From: Lama guanicoe
Taxonomy: Eukaryota
Length of the DNA: 64,000 bases
Assembly: GCA_013239625.1 (NCBI GenBank)
Contig: MU053334.1
Span: 1 to 64,000 of the forward strand
Direction: 5' to 3'
Made by a program: the position numbers and the translations under genes. Shown one piece after another: positions 1 through 11,900 of the stretch (position 1 is the first letter of the stretch; each line of letters starts with the position of its first letter). Below the pieces are notes generated by a model. That model was not told where the DNA came from, ran no database searches, and was given only the letters and a program-made list of their open reading frames with translations.

Positions 1-260
1 GGGAGGCGGCCGACTGCAGACCGGGGCGGGGGCCTCGCGGGCGGGGCGGTTCCCGGCTCTCCCACGTTGCTCGTGAGCTTAAGGGTGGCCCTGAGGCTCC
101 CTCTTGCGCGCCGCCGGGCTGGGACTGGTAGTCCGACGCGGGCCGGCCTCACCTGTCTGGCCTGGAGAGGATGCCGCCCCGCAAGGTCCCGGCCGTGACA
201 TTAACATGCAGGCCGGAGGTCGGTTCTTTGACTCCGAGCAAAGTGTGGGCGTCGGGGTCC
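1..260. promoter_or_regulatory. CpG-island edge with GC boxes; by synteny probably the promoter of the neighbouring gene (RNH1 in human)
   Basis: High CpG density and GGGGCGGGG boxes at about 22-50. The gene identity is inferred from synteny only. Confidence 0.5.
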
Positions 261-2539
261 CACCATCGCCGTCTAGTACAGATGGACAGCATGCCTAGGT
301 TCAGATGCAGAGTCAAAGTTTCGGAAGAAAATGGCAACTTTGTTCATAGGCGACGTTGTTATCTGCGGGTGATGTTTCATGCATCCCACTTTGTGGATGA
401 ATGTTAGTAGTTCGGTGTCCCACCCACTTCATTCTTTCCTGAATATGTATTGAGTATCTCCTGTGTGCCCTGCTGCGTTGTGGGTGCTGATGATTCAGCA
501 GCGAGCAGAACAGATAGAAATCCCTGACGGTCTGAAGCACGGGAAGGGAAGGCCAGGCCTGGGAGGGTTACCTGAGGACCCGAAGCTTGTGAGGGCGTGG
601 CCAGGTGTCCACAGGCTGAATGAAACAAGTGATGCTTGGCTGAAGGACATAACAGTGCCAGCTGAGTAAAACTCCTGAGGAGGAAAAGGAAGGTCTGGAA
701 GTAGCAGTAAGGAGCACGGAGGACAGGTAGACTTCAGGAGAGCTGGCAGCCCCTCTTGCGAGGGCAGTACTGGAAGCCCTGGCCCAGGAGGCCGGTTCCT
801 GCTGGAGCAAAAGAGATAGGGTGATATTTAAGAAAAACCTGACTTTTCTGAGAACTATGTATTTAAGTGCTGAAATTTTATCTTATTAATTTTGATAGAA
901 ATTTCTCTTTCTTGTTCTCTAGACGTAGTATGCTGACCTTCATTAACATTATAAAATTAGTTTCAACAAACTGTGGAAGAGAGCCTTCTGTAGGCCTGCC
1001 CCAGTCACTGCCTTGGAGGAGGGAGGGCTGAGCCAGGCTGAGACCTGCCACCTGGAGCCCTAGTGGGGCAACGCTTAAGGTGACGGAGGTCACACATGCC
1101 CACAGAGGTCTCCCCCGTCTTCTGATTGTCTTTGGAGGAGGTGGCTGAGCTCAGGTAACAGGGAGGGCCTGAAACTGGCTGGCCCCGGCCCTGTGGTGAC
1201 CGAGGAGGATCCTGTAAGCCTCTAAGCTTGCTCATGTGTAATCCTGGACCTCCGCAGCCCCGCTCCCATGGTGTGATGCAGGTACGTGCTCAGTTCACAT
1301 AGGCTCTAAGTAAGGTTTATGCCAAGTGCACTGCAGAAACTAGGTTCTTTTGACTTGGAATCTGGCTTTAAGGTTTAAAATTCATCACAGGACACCAGAA
1401 GGACTCTAGTAGCCTGACTCCTGGACCAACTCCCTTACCCACCACAAGAATTGCATTTTTAGGAAAGCTGCTAAAATGTTGTACATTCATTTCACTCTTT
1501 TCAGTGCAGGTGTGTGTCAGTGTGTTCATGTCTTCCCAAACTTCACTTGTGGTAGCCCAGCTGCCAGAGAGACGGGGTTTTGAAGTGGGACCCCTTGGAG
1601 GTGATTGGGGTGAGGTGAGGTCACGAAGGCCCCTGTGGGAAGAGATCCCAGAGAGTTTGCCCCCCTTCCCCGTGGTGGGATGACATCCCCTGCAGCCAAG
1701 AGAAGAGACCTCAGAGTGGAACTTACCGAGCTGCGCTAGGATCTCGGACACCAGCCTCCTGACAGCAAGGTGAACGTCTGCTGTTTAATCCCGTCTGCAG
1801 TACTCGTTACCGACTGTACGGTGTGTGCCAGCCCGTGCCGGTGCCAGTATATGCATGTGCATGTGCGTGTGAGCGCAGGTGTTTGCAGGTGTGTGCACAC
1901 TCTGTACTGTTTCTGCTCTGCGTTCGGGTCTGTTTGCAGACCCCCGCCAAGTGCCTTGCCACCCACGGAGATTGTGCAGGACACTCGGCCACACCTGGGA
2001 CTGTGTCACCATCCACTGGAACAGAAGGACACACACAGATGGGGCAGAAGGATGCTGTATTGCTTGTTCTCTTTTCTCATCATTCAGTTGATTCCTTTTT
2101 CTTTTACCCATTTTCCGCTTGCTGATTTTGCATGAAGAGGGCCACGAAGGTGGAACCTAGCAGTGGGAAAGCGAGACACCAATCCACCGCAGGCTCTTCC
2201 ACCACTGGGACATCCTGATGCGGCCCTGCAGGCCCCGGGGCGTCCCTCCACGGCCGTGTCCCTCCACAGCCTCAGCCCTGCCTTTCTGGGGGCCGGGGCT
2301 CCAGGAGCCCTTGGTTCTCTCTGCAGAAGCGCCGGGTGCAGGTGCCTGGGTCTGACAGTCGTCCCTTTTGCCTCCCTCGTCCCAAGGCTTAAATTCCGGG
2401 AAATCCTTCTCCACCCAGGGTCATAGAGATATTTTTATTCTAAACTTTTTTTTTAACAGTTGAAACATTTCTCCTTAATTTTATTCCTGTGCTTTCCCAT
2501 CCCCACCCAAGTGAGCCACTATCCTGAATTCTTTACTTT

Positions 2540-5005
2540 TCAAACAAATTTTTACTGGACTGCAGTTGATTTACAATGTTGTGCTTGTTTAAGGTGTACA
2601 GCGAAGTGCTTCAGTTGTAACTGAGTAACTTTTCGTTACAGGTTATTGCAAGATACTGAATACAACTCCCTTTGCTGTATAGTGTGCTGGTTGTTTATCT
2701 GATTTATATTTGGTAGTGTGTATCTGTTAATCCCAAATTCCTGATTTGTCCCTCCCTCCCCCTTCTCCTTTGGTAACCGTAAGTTTGTTTTCTATGTCTG
2801 TGAGTCTGTTTCTGTTTTGAATGTAAGTTCATTTCTACTATATTTTAGATTCCTCATTTAAATGATATCATATAGTATTTTTCTTTCTCTATCTGGCTTA
2901 CTTCACTTAGTATGATAATCTCCAGGTCACCGATGTTGCTGCAAATGGCACTGTTTTATCATTTTTATGGCTGAGTAGTATTCCATGCATATACACCACA
3001 ACTTCTTTAACCATTGATCTGTTGATGGACATTTATGTTGCTTCTATGTCTTGGCTATGGTAAATACTGCTGCTGTGAACACTGGGGTGCATGTGTCTTT
3101 TCAAATCAGAGTTCTTATCTTTTCCAGATACGTACCCAGGAGTGGGATTGCGTGGTAACTCTATTTTCAGTTTCATAAAGGAACCTCCAAACTATTCTCC
3201 ACAGTGGCTGCATTTACATTCCCACCAACGGTGTCGGAGGGTTCCCTTTTCTCCACACCCTCTCCAGCACTTAGCTGTAGACTTTTGAGGATGGCCGTTC
3301 TGACTGGTATGACTGTAGTTTTGATTTGCATTTCTCTAATAATCAGTGATGTTGAGCATCTTTTCATGTGCCTGTTGGCTTTCTGGATTTCTTCTTTGGA
3401 GAAGTGTCTGTTTAGATCTTCTGCCCATTTTTGGATTCGGTTGTTTGTTTTTTTCTTGTTGTTATTGACCATATGAGCTCTTTGTAAATTCTGGAAATTA
3501 AGCCCTTGTCAGTTGCATCCTTTGCAGGCATTTCCTTCCACTCTGTAGGTTGTCTTTTTGTTCTGTTATGGTTTCCTTTGCTGTGCAAAAGGTTGTAAGT
3601 TTGATTAGGTCCCACTTGTTCACTTTTGCTTTTATTTTTCTTGCCTTGGGAGACTGACCTAGGAGAACATGCATACGACTTACCTCTGAGAAGGTTTTGC
3701 CTGTGTTCTCTTCTAGGAGTTTTATGGTGTCCTGCCTTATGTTTAAGTCTCTAAGCCGTTTTGAGTTGATTCTTGTGTGTGGTATAAAGGAATGATCTAA
3801 CTTCACTGATTGCTTACGGCTGTCCAGATTTCCCGACACCACTTGCAGAAGAGACTTTCTTTTCTCTACTGTATATTCTTGTCTTCTTTGTCAAAGATTA
3901 ATTGACCATAGGTGTGTGGGTTTGTCTCTGGGCTCTCCATTCTGTTCCGTTGATTCATGTGTCTGTTTTTGTGCCAATACCACGCTCTTTTGATTACTGT
4001 AGCTCTGTAGTATTGTCTGAAGTGTAGGAGGGTTATTCCTCCAGCTTTGTTCTTTTTCTTCAGTATTGCTTTGGCAATTCTGAGTCTTTTAGGGTTCCAT
4101 GTAAGTTTTAGGATTATTTGTTCTGGTTCTGTGAGAAATGTCCTGGGTAATTTGATAGGGATCGCATTAAATCTGTAGATTGCTTTGGGCAATATGGCCA
4201 TTTTAACAACATTCATTCTTCCAGTCCAAGAGCGTGGGATATCTTTACAATTCCTCAAATCATCTTTCTTTTCCGTTATTCACGTTTTACAGTCTCAGTG
4301 TGTAAGTCTGTCACCTCCTTGGTTAGGTTTATTCCTGGGTATTTTATTTTTTTGATGTGATTTTAAACAGGATTCTTGTTTCAATTTCTCTTTCTGATAT
4401 TTCATTATTAGTGTAAAAAAGTGCAACAGGTTTCTGTATGTTAGTCTTCCATCCTGCTACCTCGTTGAATTCGTTGATCAGCTCAAGTAGTTTTTTGTGT
4501 GGAGCATTTAGGGTTTTCTCTATATGGTATCATGTCGTCTGCTTATAGTGACTACCTCGTCCCTCCCAATTTGGGTACCTCTTCTTTCTTTTTCTTGTCG
4601 ACTGCTGTGGCTAAAACTTCCAGTACTACGTTGAGTAGAAGTAGTGAGAGTGGGCATCTTTGTCTTGTTCCAGAATTTAGCAGGAAGGCTTTCTCGGCTT
4701 TTCACTGTTCAGTATTATGTTGGCTGTGGGTTTGTCGTAAATGACTTTTATTATGTTGAAGTATGTTCCCTCTGTACCCACTCTGCTGAGAGTTTGTATC
4801 ATGAATGGGTGCTGAATTTTATCAGATGCTTTTCCTGCGTCTGTTGAGATGATCATGTGATATTTGTCTATTCTTTTGCCGATGTGGTGTATCACCTTGA
4901 TTGATGTGCATCTGTTGAGCCATCCTTGTGATCCTGGAATGAATCCAGTTTGATCTTGGTGTGTGGTCCTTTTTCTGTGTTGCTGGATTTGTCTTCTAAA
5001 TATTT
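2540..5005 (-). mobile_element. LINE-1, 5'-truncated (3' part of ORF2 plus 3' UTR), relatively young
   Basis: Minus-strand ORFs give L1 ORF2 peptides: [81 protein letters not shown]. Frameshifted and inactive. Confidence 0.92.
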
Positions 5006-5423
5006 TTTAAAATACGTTTTTTACAGTTAGGATTTCAGCCCACCTATATTGGGTTATTATATGCGTGGCCTGAAGCAGAGATACACGATGGTAATCCCTA
5101 GGCCACCACTGAAATATTTCACAGAGATGTTATCTTATTAACAATGCGAGTAAAATGGGATGCCTAGGGTTAATTACATAGGATTGCATAAACTGATGAA
5201 TATAGTTATCATTTTTTGGTTTTGTCTGAAATGTTACTGACTTTTAATCTATGCTTTCTAATAGAACTGTTTACCGAATGTTTGTCTCCTTATCAGTATT
5301 GAAATTTACTGTTTTACTTCCAGCCACACCGTTGCCCCCAGTGTTGGGGATAGAAGGAGAATTCTCTAGGGGAGCTTTCACAGAGTAAAACTACTCTTGA
5401 TGTGTCACACTTCTTGATCTAAA

Positions 5424-5513
5424 TCTCCCATCCAAGTACTAACCAGGCCCGACCCAGCTTAGCTTCCGAGAGCAGACAAGATCGGGCGCATTCAGGGTGG
5501 TGTGGCCGTAGAC
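5424..5513 (-). pseudogene. 5S rRNA retropseudogene, 3'-truncated (first ~90 nt), tailless, with a 12-bp target-site duplication
   Basis: The reverse complement reads GTCTACGGCCACACCACCCTGAATGCGCCCGATCTTGTCTGCTCTCGGAAGCTAAGCTGGGTCGGGCCTGGTTAGTACTTGGATGGGAGA. The direct repeat TTCTTGATCTAA flanks it at 5411-5422 and 5515-5526. Confidence 0.93.
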
Positions 5514-7064
5514 TTTCTTGATCTAAGTCTGTTGCTAAAAGCACATGTACTACTCCTGTGTAACAACTGGGTGTAAGTGATAGAATGTATGGCCTATTAA
5601 AAAAAATGGGATACGTAAAGCAGTTCACACAACCCAAAAGAAAGCAGAAGAGGGTAAACACAGAAACAAGAAACAGAGGCACAAGTGAAAACAAATAATA
5701 AAATGATAGACTTAAAAGCAAACATGTCAGGAATTACATTAAGTGCAGCGGGGCTGAGCACACTCAGTGACGGAGTGTCAGATGCTTCTGAAAACTGCGT
5801 GTTGTTGCCTTACAGTAGTGACAGTTTATCTCTATGCGCGTAACATTCTCGAAATACGGAGACTGTCGGAATACTTAAAAGGAAAACCAACCATATACTG
5901 TCTGCAAGCAACTCATTTTAAGTGTGAGTTTAAAAATAAAAGGATGGAAGGGGATACACTATGTGAACAGTAACTAAGAAAACTGCAGAGTCTGTGTTAA
6001 TACCAGACAAAGTCAACTTCAGAGCAAAGAAAATCGCCAGAGGCAAAGAGGGACGTTACACAACCACAAAGGGCCAACATATCAAGAAGACTCAATAATA
6101 CTAAATGTGTGTGCACCTGACACTGGCGCCGCACAATACAGGAAGCAAAAACTGACAATTTAAAGGAGAACTCGACAGACTCACAATTAGGGTTGGACAT
6201 TTCAGTGCTCCTCTCTTGTAACTGATAAAAAGGGGAGAGAACATAAACAAAGATACAGAACAGAACAACACCGTTGACCACCTGTGTGTTACACACATGT
6301 GCACACACCTATCCATGTACACATACGCACGTACCCAGCATACACTCTTGGAGTGCACATGACACGTTCACCAAGCTGTGCCTATCTTAGGTCATGATTC
6401 AAACTTCAGCAGATTTAAAAGAATTGTAATCCTGTGATAGGACGTAATGACACGAAGCTAGAAATTTCTAGCAGGAAGACATCATGAAACTCTCCAAACA
6501 CTTAGAAGTGAACCCATTCACTCCTAAGTAGTTCATAGGTCAACGAGGAAGTCCCGGGGAGATCAGAATATGTTTTGAACTAAATAAAATTTCGAAGTCT
6601 ACGGGATGCAGATAAGGCAGTGCTTACAGGGAAATTAGCAGCACTAAATGCCTACATTACAAATGGCAATAGGTCGCCAGTCAGTTAACCAAGCGTCCAA
6701 CTTAAGGAAACACAATGACAACGGAAATAAAGCACAGTAAGACAAAATAAACCCACAGCAAAAGCAGAAGGAAAGGAAGAGTACGAACAAGAACAGACAC
6801 CAACAAAATTGACAACAGCAGGGAAAAATCAGTGAAACCAAACGCTGGTTCTTTGAAAATAGCACTGCACTGATAAATCGCTAGCAGTACAGAAGGCGTA
6901 AAAGACAGGATATACTCTACCAATATCACTGCAAGCCTCAAAGACATGGAAAGGGTAAGCGGGAAACCCACGAACAACTACACACACAGCTTCGAGAGCT
7001 TAGATGAAATGGGCCAATTCTTGAGAAACCTCACGCAAGATGAACTGGATACCCGGCACTGTCC

Positions 7065-7826
7065 TTAGGGTGTGTGTCCTCTCCACACCACCGAGGAGTT
7101 CATTCTCACAGGCCCCGACCAGGTGTCCCACAGATGCAGCTGAATTCTGACTGTCCGCCTGGAGATTGCACCAGAGTCCACAGGTCAAGGGCTCAGTCCC
7201 ACGGGACGGCCCCCACTTCAGATGCCAAGCCAGGTTGCCACCTGTGCTTCTGACCAACCGACGACAAAGAGCAGGCTCCCACGACCCCCTTCTCTGGTTC
7301 GATTGATTTGCTAGGGCAGTTCGCAGAATCCAGGATACCAGTTTACTTACTAGATTGCTGGTTATTACAAAGGATATTAAAGGGTACGGACAAACAGCCA
7401 GAGGAGAGATACACGGGGCGAGGTTTGGAAGGGTTGCAAATACAGGAGCTTCTGTCCCTGCGGAGTTTGGAGCCCAGCACGTGGACCCGTTCTGGTTCGC
7501 CAACCTGGAAGCTCTCTGAACGACCCCCCTTTATGGGTTTTCATGGAGGCTCCACCCCTCTAATCATGGGTGGCTCCCCTGGCCACCATACCCCCATCCT
7601 TGGGGGATTTTCTGGAGTCACCTCACTAACACAGACTCCGCGTGGTCGTGGGAGGCTTGTTATGGATAACAGGACACCCGTTTCACTTCCTGGCTCTGAA
7701 GGGATTTCAGGAACTGAGGCCAAAAGACCCAATGTTGTAAAAAGATGCTCCCGTTGCTCTTAGGAAATTCAAAGAGTTTTGGGATGAAGTCCAAAATACG
7801 TATGTATGATAAATCACAATATCACA
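7065..7826 (-). mobile_element. Solo LTR, MER21-like
   Basis: The minus strand begins TGTGATATTGTGATT. The internal motif AAGGGCTCAGTCCCAC..GCCCCCACTTCAGATGCCAA is typical of MER21. A 4-bp duplication GTCC lies at 7061-7064 and 7827-7830 and splits the host L1. Confidence 0.75.
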
Positions 7827-8767
7827 GTCCCATAACCATTTTAAAAATTGAGTTTGTAGTTACACCTACTGAAAAAGAAATCTCCAGGCCGATTGTGTCA
7901 ATGGCATATTCTACCAAACATCTAAAGAAGAAATGGCACCAATACTGTTCAGTCTCTTCCAGAAAAACAGAACAGGAGCTAATGTGTCCCAACTCACCTT
8001 TTAAGGAAAGCGTTGTCCTGATTCCCACACCTGGGAATACCAAAAAGAAAAACCTACAGACAACATCCCTCATGAGTAACTGCGGGGTCTTCCACATGTC
8101 GAATCGAATTCTGCGATACACAAAAAGAAGAATGCACCACAACTAAGGGGGTGTATCCTGAGAATGCAGAGTGGGTCATGACTTGAACTCTATCATCACA
8201 ACCCCTGACGTTCATTGTTTAGGGAAAATGATCACACATCATATCAACTGATGCAGAAAAAGTATTTGACGAAGTCAAACACCCATTCATGACACGAACT
8301 CTCAGTAGAATAAGATCAAGGGGAACTTAGCCAGATAAGGGTCATGCAAAGAAGCCTACAGCTTACGTCACAGGTAATGACAAAAGTGGAAGCTCTAGGC
8401 CTGAAATCAGGAACAAAACAAAGAAGTGTGCTCTCACCATCTTGATTCAACATCATACTGGAAGTCCTGGCCACTCCAGTGAAAAGGAAATGGAAATACA
8501 TAGACTGGAAAGGAAGAAATAAAACTGTCTTCATTCACAGATGACGTGATTATCTGTAGAGAAAATTCCAAAGACTGTGTGAGAAAAGCTGGTGGACAAC
8601 TGCACAAGTTGCATGCAAGATCGCAACAGAAAGATCGAAACTGGAAACCAGGAATTTTAAACATAAAACATAGAATAGCTCCCAGAGTACCGAATACTAG
8701 GTGCATATCTGCAGAAAACATGCAGTGGATTTCTCTGTGTTGAAAACTATGAAATTCTGAAGGTAGA

Positions 8768-8940
8768 TTTTTTTTTTAAGTTTTTGCATTTCTTTTTTTA
8801 AGTGATTCCTTTTGGGAGAGGAAGTAATGAGGTTTATTTATTTATTTTAATTTAAAAAAATTTAATGGCGGTACTGGGAATTGAACCTAGGACCACGTAC
8901 ATGCTAGTCATGCACTCTACCACTGAGCTATACCCTCCCC
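8768..8940 (-). mobile_element. tRNA-derived SINE, Vic-1-like (camelid)
   Basis: The reverse complement reads GGGGAGGGTATAGCTCAGTGGTAGAGTGCATG...CCTAGGTTCAATTCCCAGTACC (Pol III A and B boxes), then AAATAAATAAACCTCATTAC and an A-rich tail. Confidence 0.8.
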
Positions 8941-11900
8941 CCAACAAGGAAGAAATTTTAAGACAAATAAACGGAGAGACATACTATGTTCATGGGTGGA
9001 AAGCCTCAGCATGGTACAGGTATCAGTTCTCCTTAAACTGATCTATAGATTAACTGCAATTCCCATCAAAATCCCAGCAAGACTTTTTGTAGATACAGAC
9101 AAGCCGATTCTAAAATTTATGTGTGAAGGTGAGAGGATGAGAATCGCTGCAACAATTACGAAAAAGAAGCATACCCAGTTGGAACACTGGCTCTGCAGTC
9201 GCAGTGACGAAGGCAGCGCGGTGTTGGGAAGGCTGGGCACACAGTCGATGGAACAGACGGAGCCCAGAAATCAGTCCTCACGCACACGGCTGCCGATCTG
9301 ACAAGGCACAGAGGGAGAGGAAGGGTGTCTTTTCAACATATAGTGTGGGAACGACTGATAATCACCAGCAAAAAAAAAAAAAGGAATCTTGATCTAAACC
9401 CATAACTTACATAAAGATGAACTCAAACAATGGGCCATAGGTCTAAATGTAAAATATAAAAGTATGAAATTTTGAGATTAAAACACAGGCCAAAACCTTG
9501 CTAACTTGGAGTTAGGTAAAGAGTTCATTGATTTGACATGAAAAGCAAATTCCATCAAAGGAAAAATTTGTACACTAATGTGAGTAGAGCTGTCTAGAGG
9601 GCCAGCTGTTTGGAAAGCAGTCTGGTGGCAGCTGGTAAAACTGAAGTGGTGTAGGATCTTTGCCCAAGAACCTTCTCTCCTGGGAATCAGGCCACCCCGC
9701 AGAAAGGAGCTTCGTCGTGAGGATGCAGTGATGCTGGTGCAGCTTCGCCTGTGGGCCAAGGGGATAGCCACACGGAGAGGGCGGCTGGACACCCACCAGC
9801 ACCGCCACAGCCCCGAGGGAGGCTGAACCCTGGCACCGCTCAGTCATCACTCAGCGTGCACTGCCGACATTGGGAGCGGCGGGGAGACTGCCCCGGGGAG
9901 GCGGAGGCTGAGTGCTAACCCCCATGAAGTGCGGAGCCCTGCTGTGAACCAGCAACCACCTGCGTGTGCACAGGCCGAGCACAGCGGCCTCCGAGGAATC
10001 ACACGCAGCTGCAGAGACGTGTCGGGAAGATAACACGCCATTTGCACAGGCTCTCTTGGAGGGAGCTGATGCTGCTGCGTGCAGGGGTAGGAGAAGGCTC
10101 CCTTCAGAGCCACTAAATGGAAAGGAAGAGGCGTGGTTTTAAAACCCCAGGGAAGGTCACATTTAAGTGAATCTGCAAATTCCCACGTGTGGGTAGGCAC
10201 TTGCAAGGGAATTAATGGAAAAGACTGGCCTGTGGAGGTGCAGGTCAGGTGGTCCAGAGTTCAGCAGAGCACAGAGAGCGGAGGCCAGGCTCGGAGGACC
10301 CTGCGGGAGGGGGTGGGGAGCCCACTGCTCCCAGCGGGGTCAGCGCCCGCTGGTGCCTGCCAGGTGGGGTCAGCTCCCACAAGGGCCTTCGTTCTGCCCA
10401 AAGGCCCTGAAGGACTTTAAGAGAAACAGGATCTCCTAGAGTAGAACCTTCTCTGTTTCCACTGGAAGTGGGTCTGGGGAGGCTGTACCATTTCGCTGAG
10501 GAACTACGGAGGCACCTCGCACTGTACTGAGCGCACAACAGTTGGCATTTAATCAGTGTTAAAGGAGTGAGGGCACCTAGGAATGTCGAGGTGTCCAGGG
10601 AGGTGCGGGGAAGCTACAGGAAGGCACCCTGTGGCTGAGGGTTCATGAGAGGCAGCCTGTGGACAGGGCACGGGGATGGCCACCAGCACCTTGGAGGAGG
10701 GGTCTGGAAAGTGGCCTGGTGAGCACTTCTCAAGAGCCAGTGGAGCGAGCGCTCGGGCAAAGGCTCATTTTAAACCCAGGCGCCGGTCCTGCGGGCAGGG
10801 TGCCCCGTCCTGGGCAGGGCCTGACTGCCAGGCTGCTGGAGGGCCAGCTCTGCTCCTGGATCCCGGCGGGGAGGGCAGGTCGCAGGCAGCTCTTCTGCCC
10901 TCGTTTTCCTGAAGGGCCACATTTGGAGACGTGGCTTTTCCCGAGGAGGCTGTCAGTGGGAGGAAGCCTCCTCTTGAGCTCACAGCTCAGCTGGACCCAC
11001 TGCTGCCTCGGGACTGCTGGCCTCCATGTCGGTGCTCTGCTGTGGACCTGGGCTTTCTGCACGCAGGGCTCATCTGATGGCATGAGACACTCTCTTTCCT
11101 TCTGTTCCGCTGCATTAGAAAAAGGCCACGTGGCCAGTGAGTCCGGCCGGTGGCCAGCACTGAAGGACCAGGAGTTTGTGTGTCCAGGATCCCCGCCCAG
11201 ATGGGAGACCTGGGCACCTGTTTGCCAAAAAGACCTGCTTTAAAGAGGTCTAGGACGCAGTCTTTAGAATGCAAGCACCTCTTGTTGCTCAGATTTTATG
11301 GTAACTCGTTGCCACAACACTTTGTCAGCCAGTGGCAAGGTAACGCACTTGTGTCCGCGCTCCGGTACGCTCATGTGTCGATTCCGTTTTCCCGGGGCGT
11401 GGCCGTGGACCGTGTGTGTCTCCGTTTGGTTTCTGCGTGTTCCTTGCAGCACGAGGAGCCGTCGGCGTGTGTGTTTGCTGAGCCTGCTCCCTCCTACAGG
11501 AGGTTTTGTTGGCACCTTGAGATTGTCTACAGTCAGTCGTGACCTGTGCAAGTTCCTTCCCAGTCGATCTGTGTTTCCTGGCCTTGCGGGAGCGGCCGGA
11601 ACTGGCAGGGCTGCCCTGAAGAGAGCGGAGAGAGGAGACTCCCCGACTCCGACCCCAGGGAAAGGCCCATGTGTCCCGTCAGGCGGCGTGCTGGCCGGGG
11701 GGAGAGCGGGGACCCGGGGCGCACGGGGTCCAAAGCTGGTGGGGCGTGGCGTCGAGCGTCACGCCCCACAAGGGTTTGGCTCTTCCCTGCAGTGATGATG
11801 GATCCGTGGATAAGAGATGACGATGAAGTTTGCGGGGCACCACAGGGTCAGGTGACGCAGCCTTGCCCGCCAGAGGGAGGGACCGAGGCTCAGTCCAGTA

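Larger units (their letters stand above)
5040..10200 (+). mobile_element. Older degenerate LINE-1 (endonuclease/RT region through 3' end), interrupted by younger insertions
   Basis: L1 ORF2 remnants include PTIYCLQATHFK (~5890), GAAAAAGTATTTGACGAAGTCAAACACCCATTCATGA (~8256) and KLIYRLTAIPIKIPARLFVDTDKPILKF (~9035). Boundaries are approximate. Confidence 0.8.

Noticed and set aside
5424..5513. Functional 5S rRNA gene
   Set aside because: It lacks the 3' ~30 nt and the terminator, and is a single copy with a target-site duplication.
8868..8940. tRNA gene
   Set aside because: The tRNA-like head is followed by a SINE body and A-rich tail.
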